A stretch of DNA of 64,000 nt from Fimicolochytrium jonesii. Its lineage: Eukaryota. The stretch is from assembly GCF_025526975.1 (NCBI RefSeq), contig NW_026515668.1, positions 2,170,001 to 2,234,000 of the forward strand, read 5' to 3'. The notes beneath the pieces are model-generated. The model was not told the DNA's origin and ran no database searches. It was given only the letters and a program-made list of their open reading frames with translations. The position numbers and the translations under genes were made by a program. Positions 13,485 through 25,444 of this stretch are shown one piece after another. Position 1 is the first letter of the stretch. Every line of letters starts with the position of its first letter.

Positions 13485-13944
13485 GATGGATGTGGTGCTG
13501 TGGGTAGTTGTTGCGTGGAACTTCGTGCGTACTGCAGTCGGCGGCTGCAATGGAAGGGCCCGGGAGTAGTCAGTTGAGCAAGTTTTCCAAAAGCTCATGA
13601 CAAACAAGGTTTTTGAGGGGGACGCGTGCTGTCACTGATCGGAGTTGTCTCGATTGTTCGCCAAATCGACGACGCTGCCCAGGAATATGCATGCACCAAC
13701 GTACCACAACAGAGCAATGGAACAAAAGGCTCATTAGGTGTATGTATGTACTCATCGCCAAGAATTATGGACACGGGATAAGTCCGAGGGGGTCACGTAA
13801 AAACCTCTCGAGCGCCGATGATGCCTATCACATGGTCTCTAGGCATGAAGCGAATGCGCTGATGCATCCTTAAGCCGGAAGGAGCTTCGATCCGTCTCCA
13901 GCCATATTATACAAAATCATCCCACAAAATCACTCTCCATTCCT

Positions 13945-16696
13945 TCACTCCTCGCTCGTGTCAAAGATATGCAAGAAGTTCGCAATAACGGTCTCTACAA
14001 TCCTCGTCTGCAGCTTGATATCCATTGGGTCGGGCATGGGTGGTGAGGTGGACGATGACGGGTCGGCAGATATTGCCGAAAAGTCTGGGGAGTCAAGAAG
14101 GGTGGGGCCCCATACGATGGAGAGGTTTGTGGCTGACATGCGTGTTTCAGATTCATTTTGGGCGACCCTAGTAGGAGAATCAATGTTGGTGCGAGATATG
14201 GTGCATTGGCAGCAGACGAGTGGAAACCAGTACCTGTACAGATGCCCAGCTAGAACCTGAAGAGTAGCATAGTTGGAATCGTGTAGTTGGTTGATGAGCT
14301 CGTGGATGGTTATGAGACGTAATCTCTCATCTTCGATGCCTGCAAGGTGATGAAACGTCCATCAGTCATTGCTACACAGAGGCCAATCCTTCAGCGCATT
14401 CTGCTTGCTAAGGGTTTTGGGACACTTACGAGCAGCATCAAGCAGTGATGTGTACATGGATCTGGGGAACAAGGGATCTGGCAGCTCCCGGAAGTACAGT
14501 TTGAATACACCGCAAACGGCGTGAATCTCGTTTGCGTGCTCCTCGAGGTTCACATTTTCGGCATCTGGAAGGAAAGTCCATGTTAGCTCCTGCTCCAGTT
14601 GTCAAGGTATTACGACCGACGCACCTCGATCAAGGACAGCCCTGATTCTCTGCACTTGCTGTGTGAGCCCAGACACCCGGTAGACACCCTGCGTACGCAT
14701 ACCGTGCCGCTCAACGAAGCCTATGCATTGTGTCACAACATGCGGAACGGGGGTGCTATCACGCTCCATCAATGTTTGCAAGTCCACGCCGAAAGAAGGC
14801 TTGAGATTATGTGCCGCAGCTGGGTCCTGGATAGGTGTGGTACCGTTCGTCAGCTGAAATGCAGTCTGCCCAATGACGGTCACTTAAGACTTACAGCTCG
14901 ACTCCCAGCAAATGGTATGTCCTCACTCTTCACGCTGTTCCCACCCCCCGGATTCTCCCGAACATACGCCTCAGCGAACTCCTCAAAGTCCCGATCATTA
15001 TCTATCCCCTCTATAATCTTCAAAACGCCAACCGCCGACCCGTCAATCGGACTCATCGTCGTCGCCTCTTTCATCAGAGCAGCCTCCAGGGCTTGGGTAT
15101 ATCCCAGCAAATGATATTGCAACCCTTGGTCGCATTCGTCGTTTGTGGCTTTCAGCAGGCGGATGAAGCGGGGTAGGTGGGTTTGAAAGTAGGTGGTTCG
15201 GATGAGGTTGGTTTGGGCGAGCTGATGCTTGTAGGTCGAGTTTGCCACTGCTGCTTTGGTTCGGGCGTCGTCTTCGGCCTTTTGCAGCTGCGATGGAGGA
15301 AGATGTGTTAAGTCCAATAGATCTTGAGAATCTGTAGCTGCCTCCAACTCGTCTCCTAACCTTTGCGGGCGTGACACCCTTCCATCGACTCATCGTACCC
15401 GATATGCCCTTCGTTGATAGGCCGCTCCTTGAAGACATGCTCTTGGGCATCGTCATTCCACTTCCACTCCCGCCCCCTAGGATCGCCCCATATCGCGCGA
15501 ACCCGTCGCGTTCCGCTTGCTGCTCTCTTTGCAAGATTGAGCGTTCCCATTCCTCCGATGTTTGCTCATATCGTGTTTTGGACTGTGTAGGAAAGGTTCA
15601 GGTCAGCAAATCAAGTGCAGCTCACGACAAGGTGGGTTGAAACAGCGCACCTTCTCCAGAGCAGCTTCGGCTTCTTGAACGGTTTTGGAATGTTTATGCC
15701 CGGCCTCTTTGAGCTGCGTGCGAGAACTATTTAGACGCAATTTAAAGTGGACTCCCGATTCCTTACCAACCCTACCTGCTTCCGACTCCGCTCAGTGTTT
15801 TTATGCAGCGTACTCAACTCCTCAGCCAGCTCTGTAATCGTGGCAGCGAATTTCACACGTATATCCCCCACTTGCTCGTGAACTTTCGTAAACTGAGCCC
15901 AAGAAGTCCCATAGGTGCCTTCCTTTCCCTCCGCCTTCCCCGTTGTGCTCAACCCACTCTGTCCTAGACGCAGCATTGCTTTGCCGTACTCTTCTTCGAT
16001 GGTTGCGCGTTTTCGGAGGAAAGTTACGGCTTCCTAGAATGGAATTCGATGAGCTTTTGCATGGGCAGACTTTATCGAGAGGATGAAACCATGGGATTGT
16101 ACCTTTGTGCTATGCATATCTTGCTTGATGCGATCTAACAGAAGATGGAATCCGCTCTGGAATCGCGCAGGATACAGATTAAAATCATCTTCCAGTCGAC
16201 CCACGTAGACCCCATCAATCCTGAGCCATACCTCAAAGTCGCATAACATTTGGATGACCTTCTCGCCCGAGCCCTCTCCCGCCCCAGCATCCGCCCCCTT
16301 GGCATATACCCCGCTCGTCGGCTCGTTCACATCATCTGCTTCATTATCGACTGGCAGTGGAATTTGCGATTCCGATCTCCGCATAGACATCCGCCGGGAA
16401 GGCTCATTCGCGTGTGCTGGTGGAAAGAGAGAGCTCTGTCAATGAGCCATCCAACGCTCTCCACGCCCGCAGAGTATATGGGACCTCCTGACATTCAATG
16501 ATGGTGATGCCGACTAACCTGATTCAACGGCCGGCGCGGCCCTATCGGCATAGTGATCGTCCGCCTCCTTGACTGTCCTCGTCGTCATACGCGACGCCGA
16601 GCGAGTAGGTGCAGGGCCGTAGTCGCGCGGCCCTCGTTTCGAAGATGACAGCGAGCCAGAGCTCGCTGTTGTTGGTGGTGATATGGGGCGGATCAT
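13945..16696 (-). CDS. F-BAR (FCH) plus RhoGAP protein, Rgd1-like, multi-exon; start codon uncertain
   Basis: FCH-type segments (SGFHLLLDRIKQDMHSTK, FLRKRATIEEEYGK, TYFQTHLPRFIRLLK) and RhoGAP motifs (FGVDLQTLMERD, VPHVVTQCI, GVYRVSG, VFKLYFRELPDPLFP, MSATNLSIVWGPTL). Confidence 0.85.
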
Positions 16697-17017
16697 GAGG
16701 TTGGAAGCGCTGATATGGATATTGCAAGTGGGGTGAAAGTGGCTGCGGTGCAGGATTCTCCGTTACACCCAACCTGGCTAGACGTTTTCAGAACAGTCAT
16801 GGGCGTGAGCCAGGCTCTGCGTGTTCTGACGCGTACGCTGCTCAGGATTATGTAATCCTCTGCGTGTTCTATACGCGTTGCGCTCGCCACACGTAATGGA
16901 ACCCTTTGATGAAACCCTTCTCCCGATTTTCGTTGTATAGCCCGCAACATGCCATTCTAGTAGTGCGGCACCGTAATTTTCATACCTGAAGCGTCATCTT
17001 GTCGCCAAATTCTTGCG

Positions 17018-19906
17018 ATGAGGTTCCCGCTGCTCCTAGCGAGCTTGCTAGCCACAGCATTCTTCCAGTCGGGGACCAATGCTCAAACAGCGGGAGTATG
17101 CTCCATCCTGAGCACGTATCAGACGCTAAACCTGTTTGCCGATCCCGCAGAGAAGCTGGTAGTCCAGACCGCCCTCGGGCTCTTCGCTGCTGACGCTCAC
17201 ACGGTCGCCAATCAAGCTATCATATACAGCTCGACCGTGGACGACGCTTCCCTCGTCGCCGGCGCGCTCACGACACCTTCCATCGCAGCATTTGTCAAGA
17301 ACAATGCGGTGGACGTTAGCAACATCACCGGCAAATGGGAAGCCTGGAAGATAGTGTGCGTTGCTACGTCCGGAGTCTCCCCAAAGCTCCTCGTTGTCGG
17401 TGCGGACCCTCGCGGTGCCGCATATGCGTTGTTGGAAGTGAGCAGACTCATTGGAGTGAGTCCCTGGGTATGGTGGGCGGACGTGAACCCTGACCCGCTC
17501 ACAAGCTTCACGCTCCCAATCGGCTATAATCGTTCTGGCTCACCCTCTGTGCAATACCGCGGAATCTTCCTGAACGATGAGGATTGGGGGCTCCGCCCTT
17601 GGGCCGCCACCACGTACGAGACCGGAGGCGGGTCGGGGAGAATTGGTAGCCAAACATATGAGCGGATCTTCGAACTTTTGTTGCGTTTGCGCGCAAACAG
17701 TATCTGGCCTGCGATGCACTCTGGCACCGTTGCATTCTACACCATTCCTGGCGTCAAAGAGGCATCCGACAAATTCGGCATTGTCGTGGGCACGTCACAC
17801 GCGGAACCGCTGATGCGCAACCCCGCCGCGGAGTGGATGGTCGCCGAGCGAGGGGCCTTCAACTGGATCACAAACAAGGCCAACGTTACGACGTTCTGGA
17901 AGCAGCGTCTCGACCAGGTCCGCGGGAGTGACATCCTCACGACCATGGGGATGCGGGGGCAGGACGACAGTCCCATGCAAGGTGTCTCGACCACCGCACA
18001 GAAGCTGTCCGCGTTGACGGACGTTTTCAACACCCAACGAGCTTTACTGGCTCAGTACTACCCCGATACTCAGCCGCAGCAGATTTTTGTTCCATATAAA
18101 GAAGTTCTCGATGTGTATAACGCGGGCTTGAGAGTGCCTGATAACATCACCCTTGTGTGGTGCGATGACAACTATGGATATATGACACGGCTGTCCAACA
18201 CAACAGAGCAGGCTCGTATTGGAGGCTCCGGGGTGTACTATCACATCTCTTACTGGGGCCGTCCCCACGATTATCTATGGATTGCGAGCACGCAGCCGGC
18301 GTTAATCTACTACCAAATGCGGCGCGCTTTCAACTACAAAGCCAAAAAGGTGTGGATCGTCAATGTCGGCGACATCAAACCAGCAGAGTACCTGATGGAG
18401 TTTTACCTCGATTTGGCTTGGGACATCAATAATGTGAATCCCACGACCGTCCAGCAGCACCTTGTGAAATGGGCAACTCGCGAGTTCGGGAGATTGGGCA
18501 CAGCGGTTGCCAATGTCATGCAGCAGTACTACGCTCTGGCGACACCTCGCAAGCCGGAACACATGGGCTGGAACCAATGCGAGACTCCGACAGCGAGTCA
18601 GACAAGTCCTACGGACACTGAGTTCAACCCCTTCTCCTTCGGTGATGAGATGGCGAAACGCATCAACGCCTACGCTGCTTTGCAGGCTGCCGTTGCCCAG
18701 CTAGCCACTGTCGTCGCGGCAAATAGACAGGATGCATTCTACCAGCTGGTGCAGTACCCAGTGAATGGCGCGGCACTGATAAACAAGAAGCTCCTGTACG
18801 CGCAAAAGGCCAGACTTCTAGCCAAGAGCAGCCTTACCGCCGCCAACGACTATGCCACGCTTAGCACGGCGGCGTATAATGACGTCAAGACGAACACGAA
18901 CAAGTACAATACTGGAATCATGCAAGGAAAATGGAACCATATCATCAGCAGTGCTCCGAGGAACCTCCTTGTTTTCCAGGCCGCTACCCTTCCCGCTGCA
19001 GTAGCTGCAAGGAGCGGAACGACAACATTATGGGCGGAGTACGACGATAAGCCGTTACCGGTGGGAACCCGATGGGCGCCACCCATCTTCATTCGCGAGG
19101 TCGACAACGACGCATTTGTCTCCGTTTTCACCGACGGGCAGGCTGTCACTTGGTCCGTGCAGAAGGCTCCGTCATGGTTGCTTATAGAGCTTATTGATAC
19201 CGCCGTCCCTTCGGAGAAGAGGCTTCGGTTTTCTGTCAAGTGGAGTCTCATCACGAACGATACGAATGCGTCGTTGACGCTCGTGGTGAACAATCTCTCC
19301 TGGCCCGTGATCTTCACCGTGAAAACGTTTAATGTCGCTGCTAGCGGGCATCAATGGAACACCCTCGTCGCGATCGATGGTTCAAGCTACACATCCTCAT
19401 CTGGGACAGAGGTGTTTCCGGGCCTCGGGCACAGTGGCTCTGCCGTTGTGTTGACTAGCGCGACAACTAGCTTTGCCGAGTACACTATGTACACGACAGC
19501 GACAGGCGCGGCGAACATCACAACTTACGTTCAGCCAAACCAGCCAATGTCCTACAATGGAGACATCCGCATCTCCGTCGCAGTTGACGGCGGTACGGCA
19601 AAGACCCTATCGTTTTCCACTCCCTTCCGAAGCGAGGATTGGAAGCTTTGGGTTTTGCGAAACCAAACACCTCTAAAGTTTACGTACACATTTACGACGG
19701 CGGGAATTCACAAGGTTCGAGTGAAGGCATTGGACGACGGAATTATTCTTGATCAGCTACTAGTTGATTTCAGTAAGACTCCCAGGAACTTTTACATTGT
19801 GCCTTCGAAGGGCGCTGCTGCTCAGGTTGTTCCTCAGCCGTTGCCCAACGTCACGGCGGCAGAATCGTTCAACGTTGCGGCCATTGGAACAATGCCGAAG
19901 TTTTAG
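17018..19906 (+). CDS. Secreted glycoside hydrolase family 115 (xylan/arabinogalactan alpha-glucuronidase-like), intronless
   Basis: Signal-peptide-like N-terminus, then RGAAYALLEVSRLIGVSPWVWWAD, PSVQYRGIFLNDEDWG, FELLLRLRANSIWPAMH, GTSHAEP, GGSGVYYHISYWGRPHDYLW, WIVNVGDIKPAE and a GH115 C-terminal beta domain. Confidence 0.93.
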   Translation: MRFPLLLASLLATAFFQSGTNAQTAGVCSILSTYQTLNLFADPAEKLVVQTALGLFAADAHTVANQAIIYSSTVDDASLVAGALTTPSIAAFVKNNAVDVSNITGKWEAWKIVCVATSGVSPKLLVVGADPRGAAYALLEVSRLIGVSPWVWWADVNPDPLTSFTLPIGYNRSGSPSVQYRGIFLNDEDWGLRPWAATTYETGGGSGRIGSQTYERIFELLLRLRANSIWPAMHSGTVAFYTIPGVKEASDKFGIVVGTSHAEPLMRNPAAEWMVAERGAFNWITNKANVTTFWKQRLDQVRGSDILTTMGMRGQDDSPMQGVSTTAQKLSALTDVFNTQRALLAQYYPDTQPQQIFVPYKEVLDVYNAGLRVPDNITLVWCDDNYGYMTRLSNTTEQARIGGSGVYYHISYWGRPHDYLWIASTQPALIYYQMRRAFNYKAKKVWIVNVGDIKPAEYLMEFYLDLAWDINNVNPTTVQQHLVKWATREFGRLGTAVANVMQQYYALATPRKPEHMGWNQCETPTASQTSPTDTEFNPFSFGDEMAKRINAYAALQAAVAQLATVVAANRQDAFYQLVQYPVNGAALINKKLLYAQKARLLAKSSLTAANDYATLSTAAYNDVKTNTNKYNTGIMQGKWNHIISSAPRNLLVFQAATLPAAVAARSGTTTLWAEYDDKPLPVGTRWAPPIFIREVDNDAFVSVFTDGQAVTWSVQKAPSWLLIELIDTAVPSEKRLRFSVKWSLITNDTNASLTLVVNNLSWPVIFTVKTFNVAASGHQWNTLVAIDGSSYTSSSGTEVFPGLGHSGSAVVLTSATTSFAEYTMYTTATGAANITTYVQPNQPMSYNGDIRISVAVDGGTAKTLSFSTPFRSEDWKLWVLRNQTPLKFTYTFTTAGIHKVRVKALDDGIILDQLLVDFSKTPRNFYIVPSKGAAAQVVPQPLPNVTAAESFNVAAIGTMPKF

Positions 19907-21044
19907 ATTGGGTCAGAAGCACGAGCGTTGAAGAGAGCGATGTATGGTGGAAATCCAGACCAACTCCAACCCGACCAGCGCGACCGTCGCAAGCACAGTG
20001 ACAACCCCTTTCTACCACCTTTCCTGACCTGAGCATTGCATTGCAAGCTTTGCCATTATATCGTGAGATACCCGTAGCACCCGTAAAAGGACTTTTACCC
20101 TGACCTGGGCGGTTACACTTCTAACCATACAAGGAAAGGGAATACAATTCAGCGGATTTCCGATACGCCGCCGCATATGAAAAGATGCACTCTCTGCGGA
20201 ACACAGCTCTGTTTGCCTATAGCCCATCTTCTCCAACAATTCCGCCTTTCCCATATACTTTAGGGTTGCAAGGAATACCAACTTCTCCATGACGTGCATG
20301 TGCCCCTTCGTCCGACCCTCCATCCGACCCTCGTTTAAGTCCTCCTTCAGTTCCTGCTTCAATTCCTCCATCTTGCGCTTCTCCTTTGTTGGCCTCTTCT
20401 TGCCATGGAAGTCAGTGCAATGCGCAGACGTGCTCAGATTGCCCACCCCAAAGTCATAGTACTTTGGTTTGTTGTGTTTGCCAGACTTTGGCTGCCGACA
20501 AGCAAATCCCGGTACACATCGGGAAAGGTTCGTAGGCTCCTCAATGCGTCCCCCACTTTGTTTTGGAAGCCACGTTTGAGAGAGTTTGCCAAAAGCTTCC
20601 CATCCTCCGTAATTTCCGGTGGGCGTAGCCATGGGGCAGGACCTCAGGTCGAAGACCCGGCAGAGCCGGTGTACTCAGCACAAGGTCGGCTTTCCCAGCA
20701 TACAAGAGCACTCGAATGCTGTTCGGTTGCTGTCAAAATCCGTCAGTGCGCTGCTGGTGACTGTTGTTGTCATCTCGCTCAGTTGCCTGTTTTGCCCATG
20801 TCCAAGGCGAAAGACATCGTCTTTCCCACCCGCCGCACCTGATACATACAGGTGTACAGGTAATAGAAGACCCTTACGAGTAAAACCTGAGAATAACGCC
20901 AAGCTCTGTAGCAGCGCTTGGATAGACCATTTTCCTTTCCTGACTTCTGTTGTGTACATCCTGTCCCTGCGCTGATCTAGGAAGCCTGCCCCCAAAGCAG
21001 ACCGCCGGCATCCGCCTACGAAGCGATATAATCGAAAAGACGAT

Positions 21045-23916
21045 ATGGACAAATACATTCGAGGCGCGGCTTCCTTAGCCTCCGAGGCGGGAAAGTTCTC
21101 AATGCGTCTCACGCAGGAAATTGTCGAACGCTCTAGGGAGGTCGGCGTGCATTTGCCCGGTGGCAGTTTATATGACACATCTTCGGAAGGGAAGACTAGG
21201 GAGATTCGCACGCTTCTGGACTCCAAATTCGACAAGGAGAAGATCGATGGTTTGAAGCGGCTCATTGCGATGATGTCAAAAGGGCGTAACGTGAAGGAGT
21301 TCTTCCCAGACGTCGTCAAGCTCGTGGCGTCCCAGTCCTTTGAAGTCCGCAAGCTGGTGTACATCTACCTGTTACGATACGCCGAAGCCGAACCAGACTT
21401 GGCCCTCTTGTCGATCAACACTTTTCAAAAAGACTTGGCGGATCGGAATCCGCTCATCAGAGCTATGGCGCTGCGCGTTATGTCGAGTATTCGTGTGCAG
21501 GTCATCGTTCCCATCATCATGCTTGCTCTACGAAAGGCGACGACAGATCTGTCGCCGTATGTTCGGAAAGCAGCAGCGAACGCTATACCGAAATGCTACA
21601 GTTTAGATACGACGCAGAAGGAGTATCTGGTAGAACTCATCGAAACAATGTTGAAAGACAACTCAACGTTGGTGCTTGGAAGTGTCCTCCACAGCATGAA
21701 GCAAGTGTGCCCCGAGCGCTTGGATCTTATACATCCACACTATCGAAAGCTTTGTCGCATGCTAGTGGATGCCGACGAGTGGGGACAGATCACGATCATG
21801 GACGTGTTGATTCAATATGCCAGGGTTTACTTTGTGGATCCCAACCCGGCGGAAGAGGTTAGCTGAAGTACTACCGGGGGAATTCTCACTCGTTACGCCT
21901 GGGAAGCTGACGATGTTCCTTCAACGCTCCTCCTGCAATGTAGAACACGGCATTACAGGCAGGGCAACCTGTTACAACAGAGAAAAAGTCGGAAGACTTT
22001 TATGCAGAAGTCGACGAAGCACCTACCAAATCGCGGGGAACGGGTCCAACTATACCCAAGAGCATCGGTCCGCCACTAGATCCAGATCACGAATTGCTTG
22101 TTAGGTGGTGCACTCCGTTGCTGAACAGCAGGAACTGCTCGGTGAGTTTCCCTGATGCATCGCCAAACTCGTCTCAGCGGACTGATACCATTTCCGGAAT
22201 AGGTCGTGTTGACGGTCGCCAAGTTATTCTTCCATGTCGGAACTCCCCAAACGTGCGCTGAATCCGCACAAGCTTTGATCCGACTGTTGAGGACATCACG
22301 CGAGGAACGCTACATCATCCTGCTGAACATCGCAACCATGGCGCAAACGCAACCTAGTTTGTTCAAGCCCTATGTGCGCCATTTTTTCCTCTTTGGAGGC
22401 GAGCCGAGTTTCATTCGAGATGCAAAGCTCGAAATTATTGGGGTGATTGCGGGCGAGGAGAATGCGACCATGGTTATGTCTGAGCTCAAGGTGCGTTAGA
22501 AGCAAAACGGCCGATGCTATCTCCGGATTCACTAAAACTTTTCCTATTTTTTTTTTCCCAGGAGTACGTCCGAAGCCCGGATTCGCAATTGGTCATCCAA
22601 ACGATTCAGGTATGGCGCAGTTACCTCTTTGCAAATGCCAAATGCAGAAATCTGATCTTCCATACTCATCTCTGACAGGTGCTGGGGCGACTCGCTTGCC
22701 GGCTGCCATCAGTTACTGATGACACCCTCTCGTGCTTGATGAAACTTGTCTCGAAGAAAGATGGTAATGCTCCTCTGCAACTCCATGCAGTCTGCATTTC
22801 ATATGACTGACACTGTTCGTCCGCAGAGGGTATTGTCTCCGCAGCCGTCGTCGTTATCCGACGCCTCCTCCAATCGACATCCACGCATCAAAACACTCGC
22901 ATCATATCCCAACTCGCAAAGAATCTCGACACCATCACGTCCCCCCAAGCACGCGCGTCCGTACTCTGGCTGATTGGACAATATTGTGCGAGTGTCCCAA
23001 AACTAGCCCCGGACGCTTTGCGGATTTCTGCAAAACGTTTTGCAGACGACACGGATATCGTCAAATTGCAAGTGCTCACGCTCGCTGCGAAGCTAGTGGC
23101 CAGCACACATAACGACGAGTTGAACTCGGCGCAAGAGGTTTGCACAAAGCTATTAAGATATGTGCTGGATCTGGCACGATTTGACCAGAGTTGGGATGTG
23201 CGGGATCGGGCGAGGATGATCAAGGCTTTGGTTGCGGGACTGGCGGATGTCAAGAATGCTGACGCTGGGAAAGCAACGGGTGTCAATGGCGACGATGTAC
23301 CAGCAAAGGCAACAGGGATACTGCAGTCGCATTTGCAAGAGATTCTACTAGGATTGAAAGCGACACCAGTGCCCGAGAGTCCCTTCGCAGGTGAGCGTTT
23401 TGCAGTCCAGAGCGAACATTCACTTATACCGGTCGCTAACCCTCTTTCTCAACTTCAGCGCGAAACCGCTTCGATCTCGGCACCCTCTCCCACACCCTAA
23501 ACCGCGCCGTGCCCAACTACAAATCCCTTCCCGCCTGGCCACCATCCATCGACCAAACAGCAGCAGCGCAGCGCAACGTGGAGGAGCCCGAACAAAGATA
23601 TTCGGGCCGCGAGCACTCGAATGCGGTCGTCTCGAGCCCTGTCACTGTCCTCAAAGCCGCGAAACCAGCGAAGCGGAGGGTCGTGACGCTGGAGAAGTTT
23701 TATGATAGTGATAGCGAGAGTGAGGAGGAGGAGGAAGTTCAGGAGGAGGAGGAGAGCGAGGAGGAGGAGAGTGAGGAGGAAAGCAGTGAGGAGGAAGAGA
23801 CTGAGGGTGGGGAGGAGGAGGAGGAGGAAGATTCCGAGGAGGAATTAGATAGCGGTGCTGCATCAGGAGTACAGGAAAAGCAGCAGTTCATAGAGTATCG
23901 GTCACGCCCATCTTGA
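21045..23916 (+). CDS. APL6: AP-3 adaptor complex beta subunit, multi-exon
   Basis: Adaptin N motifs KLVYIYLLRYAEAEPDLALLSINTFQKDL, RAMALRVMSSIRV, SPYVRKAAANAIPK, VKLQVLTLAAKL and FDQSWDVRDRAR, followed by an acidic Ser/Glu hinge. Confidence 0.95.
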
Positions 23917-24252
23917 TGCGTCCGGTACAATAGACAACCGTTCAAGGTGTAACGAAAACTTCGGGTTCTTTGCCATACTCCGACATTGGCTTCATAATAG
24001 ATCTCACTTTGCGGGTCTGCAAAGGATTTCGGGTGTGCAAACGTGATATCATATTGAAAGCTACGTACTACTACTGTCGTTGCCGTCACTACGGCTCCCT
24101 ACAATTAAATATAAAGGTTACTACGTATTGAAGCTACCTACTCTATTTTATATCCGTTGACCTGGACAAATACGAAGAGAATGTCAGCCATCGGTATGCG
24201 CCGAAAATGCGCTCCAACAAAGAGACCTACCCAAACAACCGATTTTCCAACC

Positions 24253-24750
24253 CTACACATCCCCCATCTCCCTCATCCCAACCTTCACCGAGGTCCCAGT
24301 CGCCCTAGCCGCACTCATCGTCCTCGTCCCGGTCGCACTCCCCCGCGTCAGATTCCCCGCCGTAGGCACACCCACCAACGAATTCCTAAAGCAAAACGGC
24401 CGCACAGTCTCATCCTCCAAACACTCCCCTTTGCACGTCGCCTGCAGCACCCATTTCTGGTCCGTGAACGTGCAGGCCATGAAGGCGGTGTCGTAGCAGG
24501 CCCAGATGTCGGTCGAGGGGTCGCAGGGGTGGGAGAGGAGGGGGTTGGGTGGGGATGTTGTTGTGGATGTTGCGGATGCGGATGCGGTGGTTGCGGTGCC
24601 GGTGTGGGCGTGGGTTGGGTGGTCTGTGATTGCAACGGCTTCGAAACGGCGGAAGAGGTGGGAGAGCTCGTATAGGTGGGGGTTTGGGTAGCTCAGCACT
24701 GGGACGGCAAGAGTGGTGAGGGCCGTGAGGATAACGATTGCTGAGCGCAT
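24253..24750 (-). CDS. Small secreted Cys-rich, Thr-rich protein of unknown function
   Basis: Hydrophobic signal (MRSAIVILTALTTLAVPVLS), Thr/Ser linker and a 6-Cys module PCDPSTDIWACYDTAFMACTFTDQKWVLQATCKGECLEDETVRPFC. Confidence 0.65.
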   Translation of the reverse strand: MRSAIVILTALTTLAVPVLSYPNPHLYELSHLFRRFEAVAITDHPTHAHTGTATTASASATSTTTSPPNPLLSHPCDPSTDIWACYDTAFMACTFTDQKWVLQATCKGECLEDETVRPFCFRNSLVGVPTAGNLTRGSATGTRTMSAARATGTSVKVGMREMGDV

Positions 24751-25444
24751 TTTCTGGTGAAGCTTTTGTGTATCGTTTGTGGTCTGTAGTGGGATGCGGG
24801 CCGAGAGCAGATGCGATCGGTTTTTGAAGTTTGTCCTAGGCCCACGGAAAGAGGGTCGCTCTTAGAAAAATATGAGCAGAAATGAGCAAAGTCAATGGGG
24901 GCGAGACTCCCGCGAATACACTATCCATTGCCAGGAACAAGCATGTGCGAAGCTAAAAAACCAGCCACTCCCCTTTTCCCCGCCGTCGAGGCTTCTCTTT
25001 GAGCCTCAGTGAAGCTTCTATGGCCGCCGTTCAGGGCTCGACCGCTCGGAGGTTTTTGCTTGTCGAGCTGACGGCATGAATCGAATCAACCCATAAAATC
25101 GAAGTTATGTGCAGTTGAAATCGCCAGCTACACACAGACGGGCGCGTCGCGCTGTCGAAATACGTCAATTGCGCATTGTTTTAGGACCTCCAAAGGGATC
25201 ATGAGATCACGGACGACGAATTGAATTTCCTCATACTACAAGCATCAGTGTAGGCAATCCATGTGAAGCGTCTTGTTCATTCGGACGAACGCATAGCAGA
25301 GGCCTTCGGATAATGTGTATGTATCTGAATATGGTGCTCACTCGCTATCTATATACACGGAATCACCGGCATCATCCAACCAATGATCCCTCCCACCTTC
25401 CCACCTCCAAACCACGACTACGCCTCCGCTGGCAGGGAAGAGGC

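Noticed and set aside
23700..23850. GAG-rich repeat as a separate element
   Set aside because: It encodes the normal acidic hinge of AP-3 beta.
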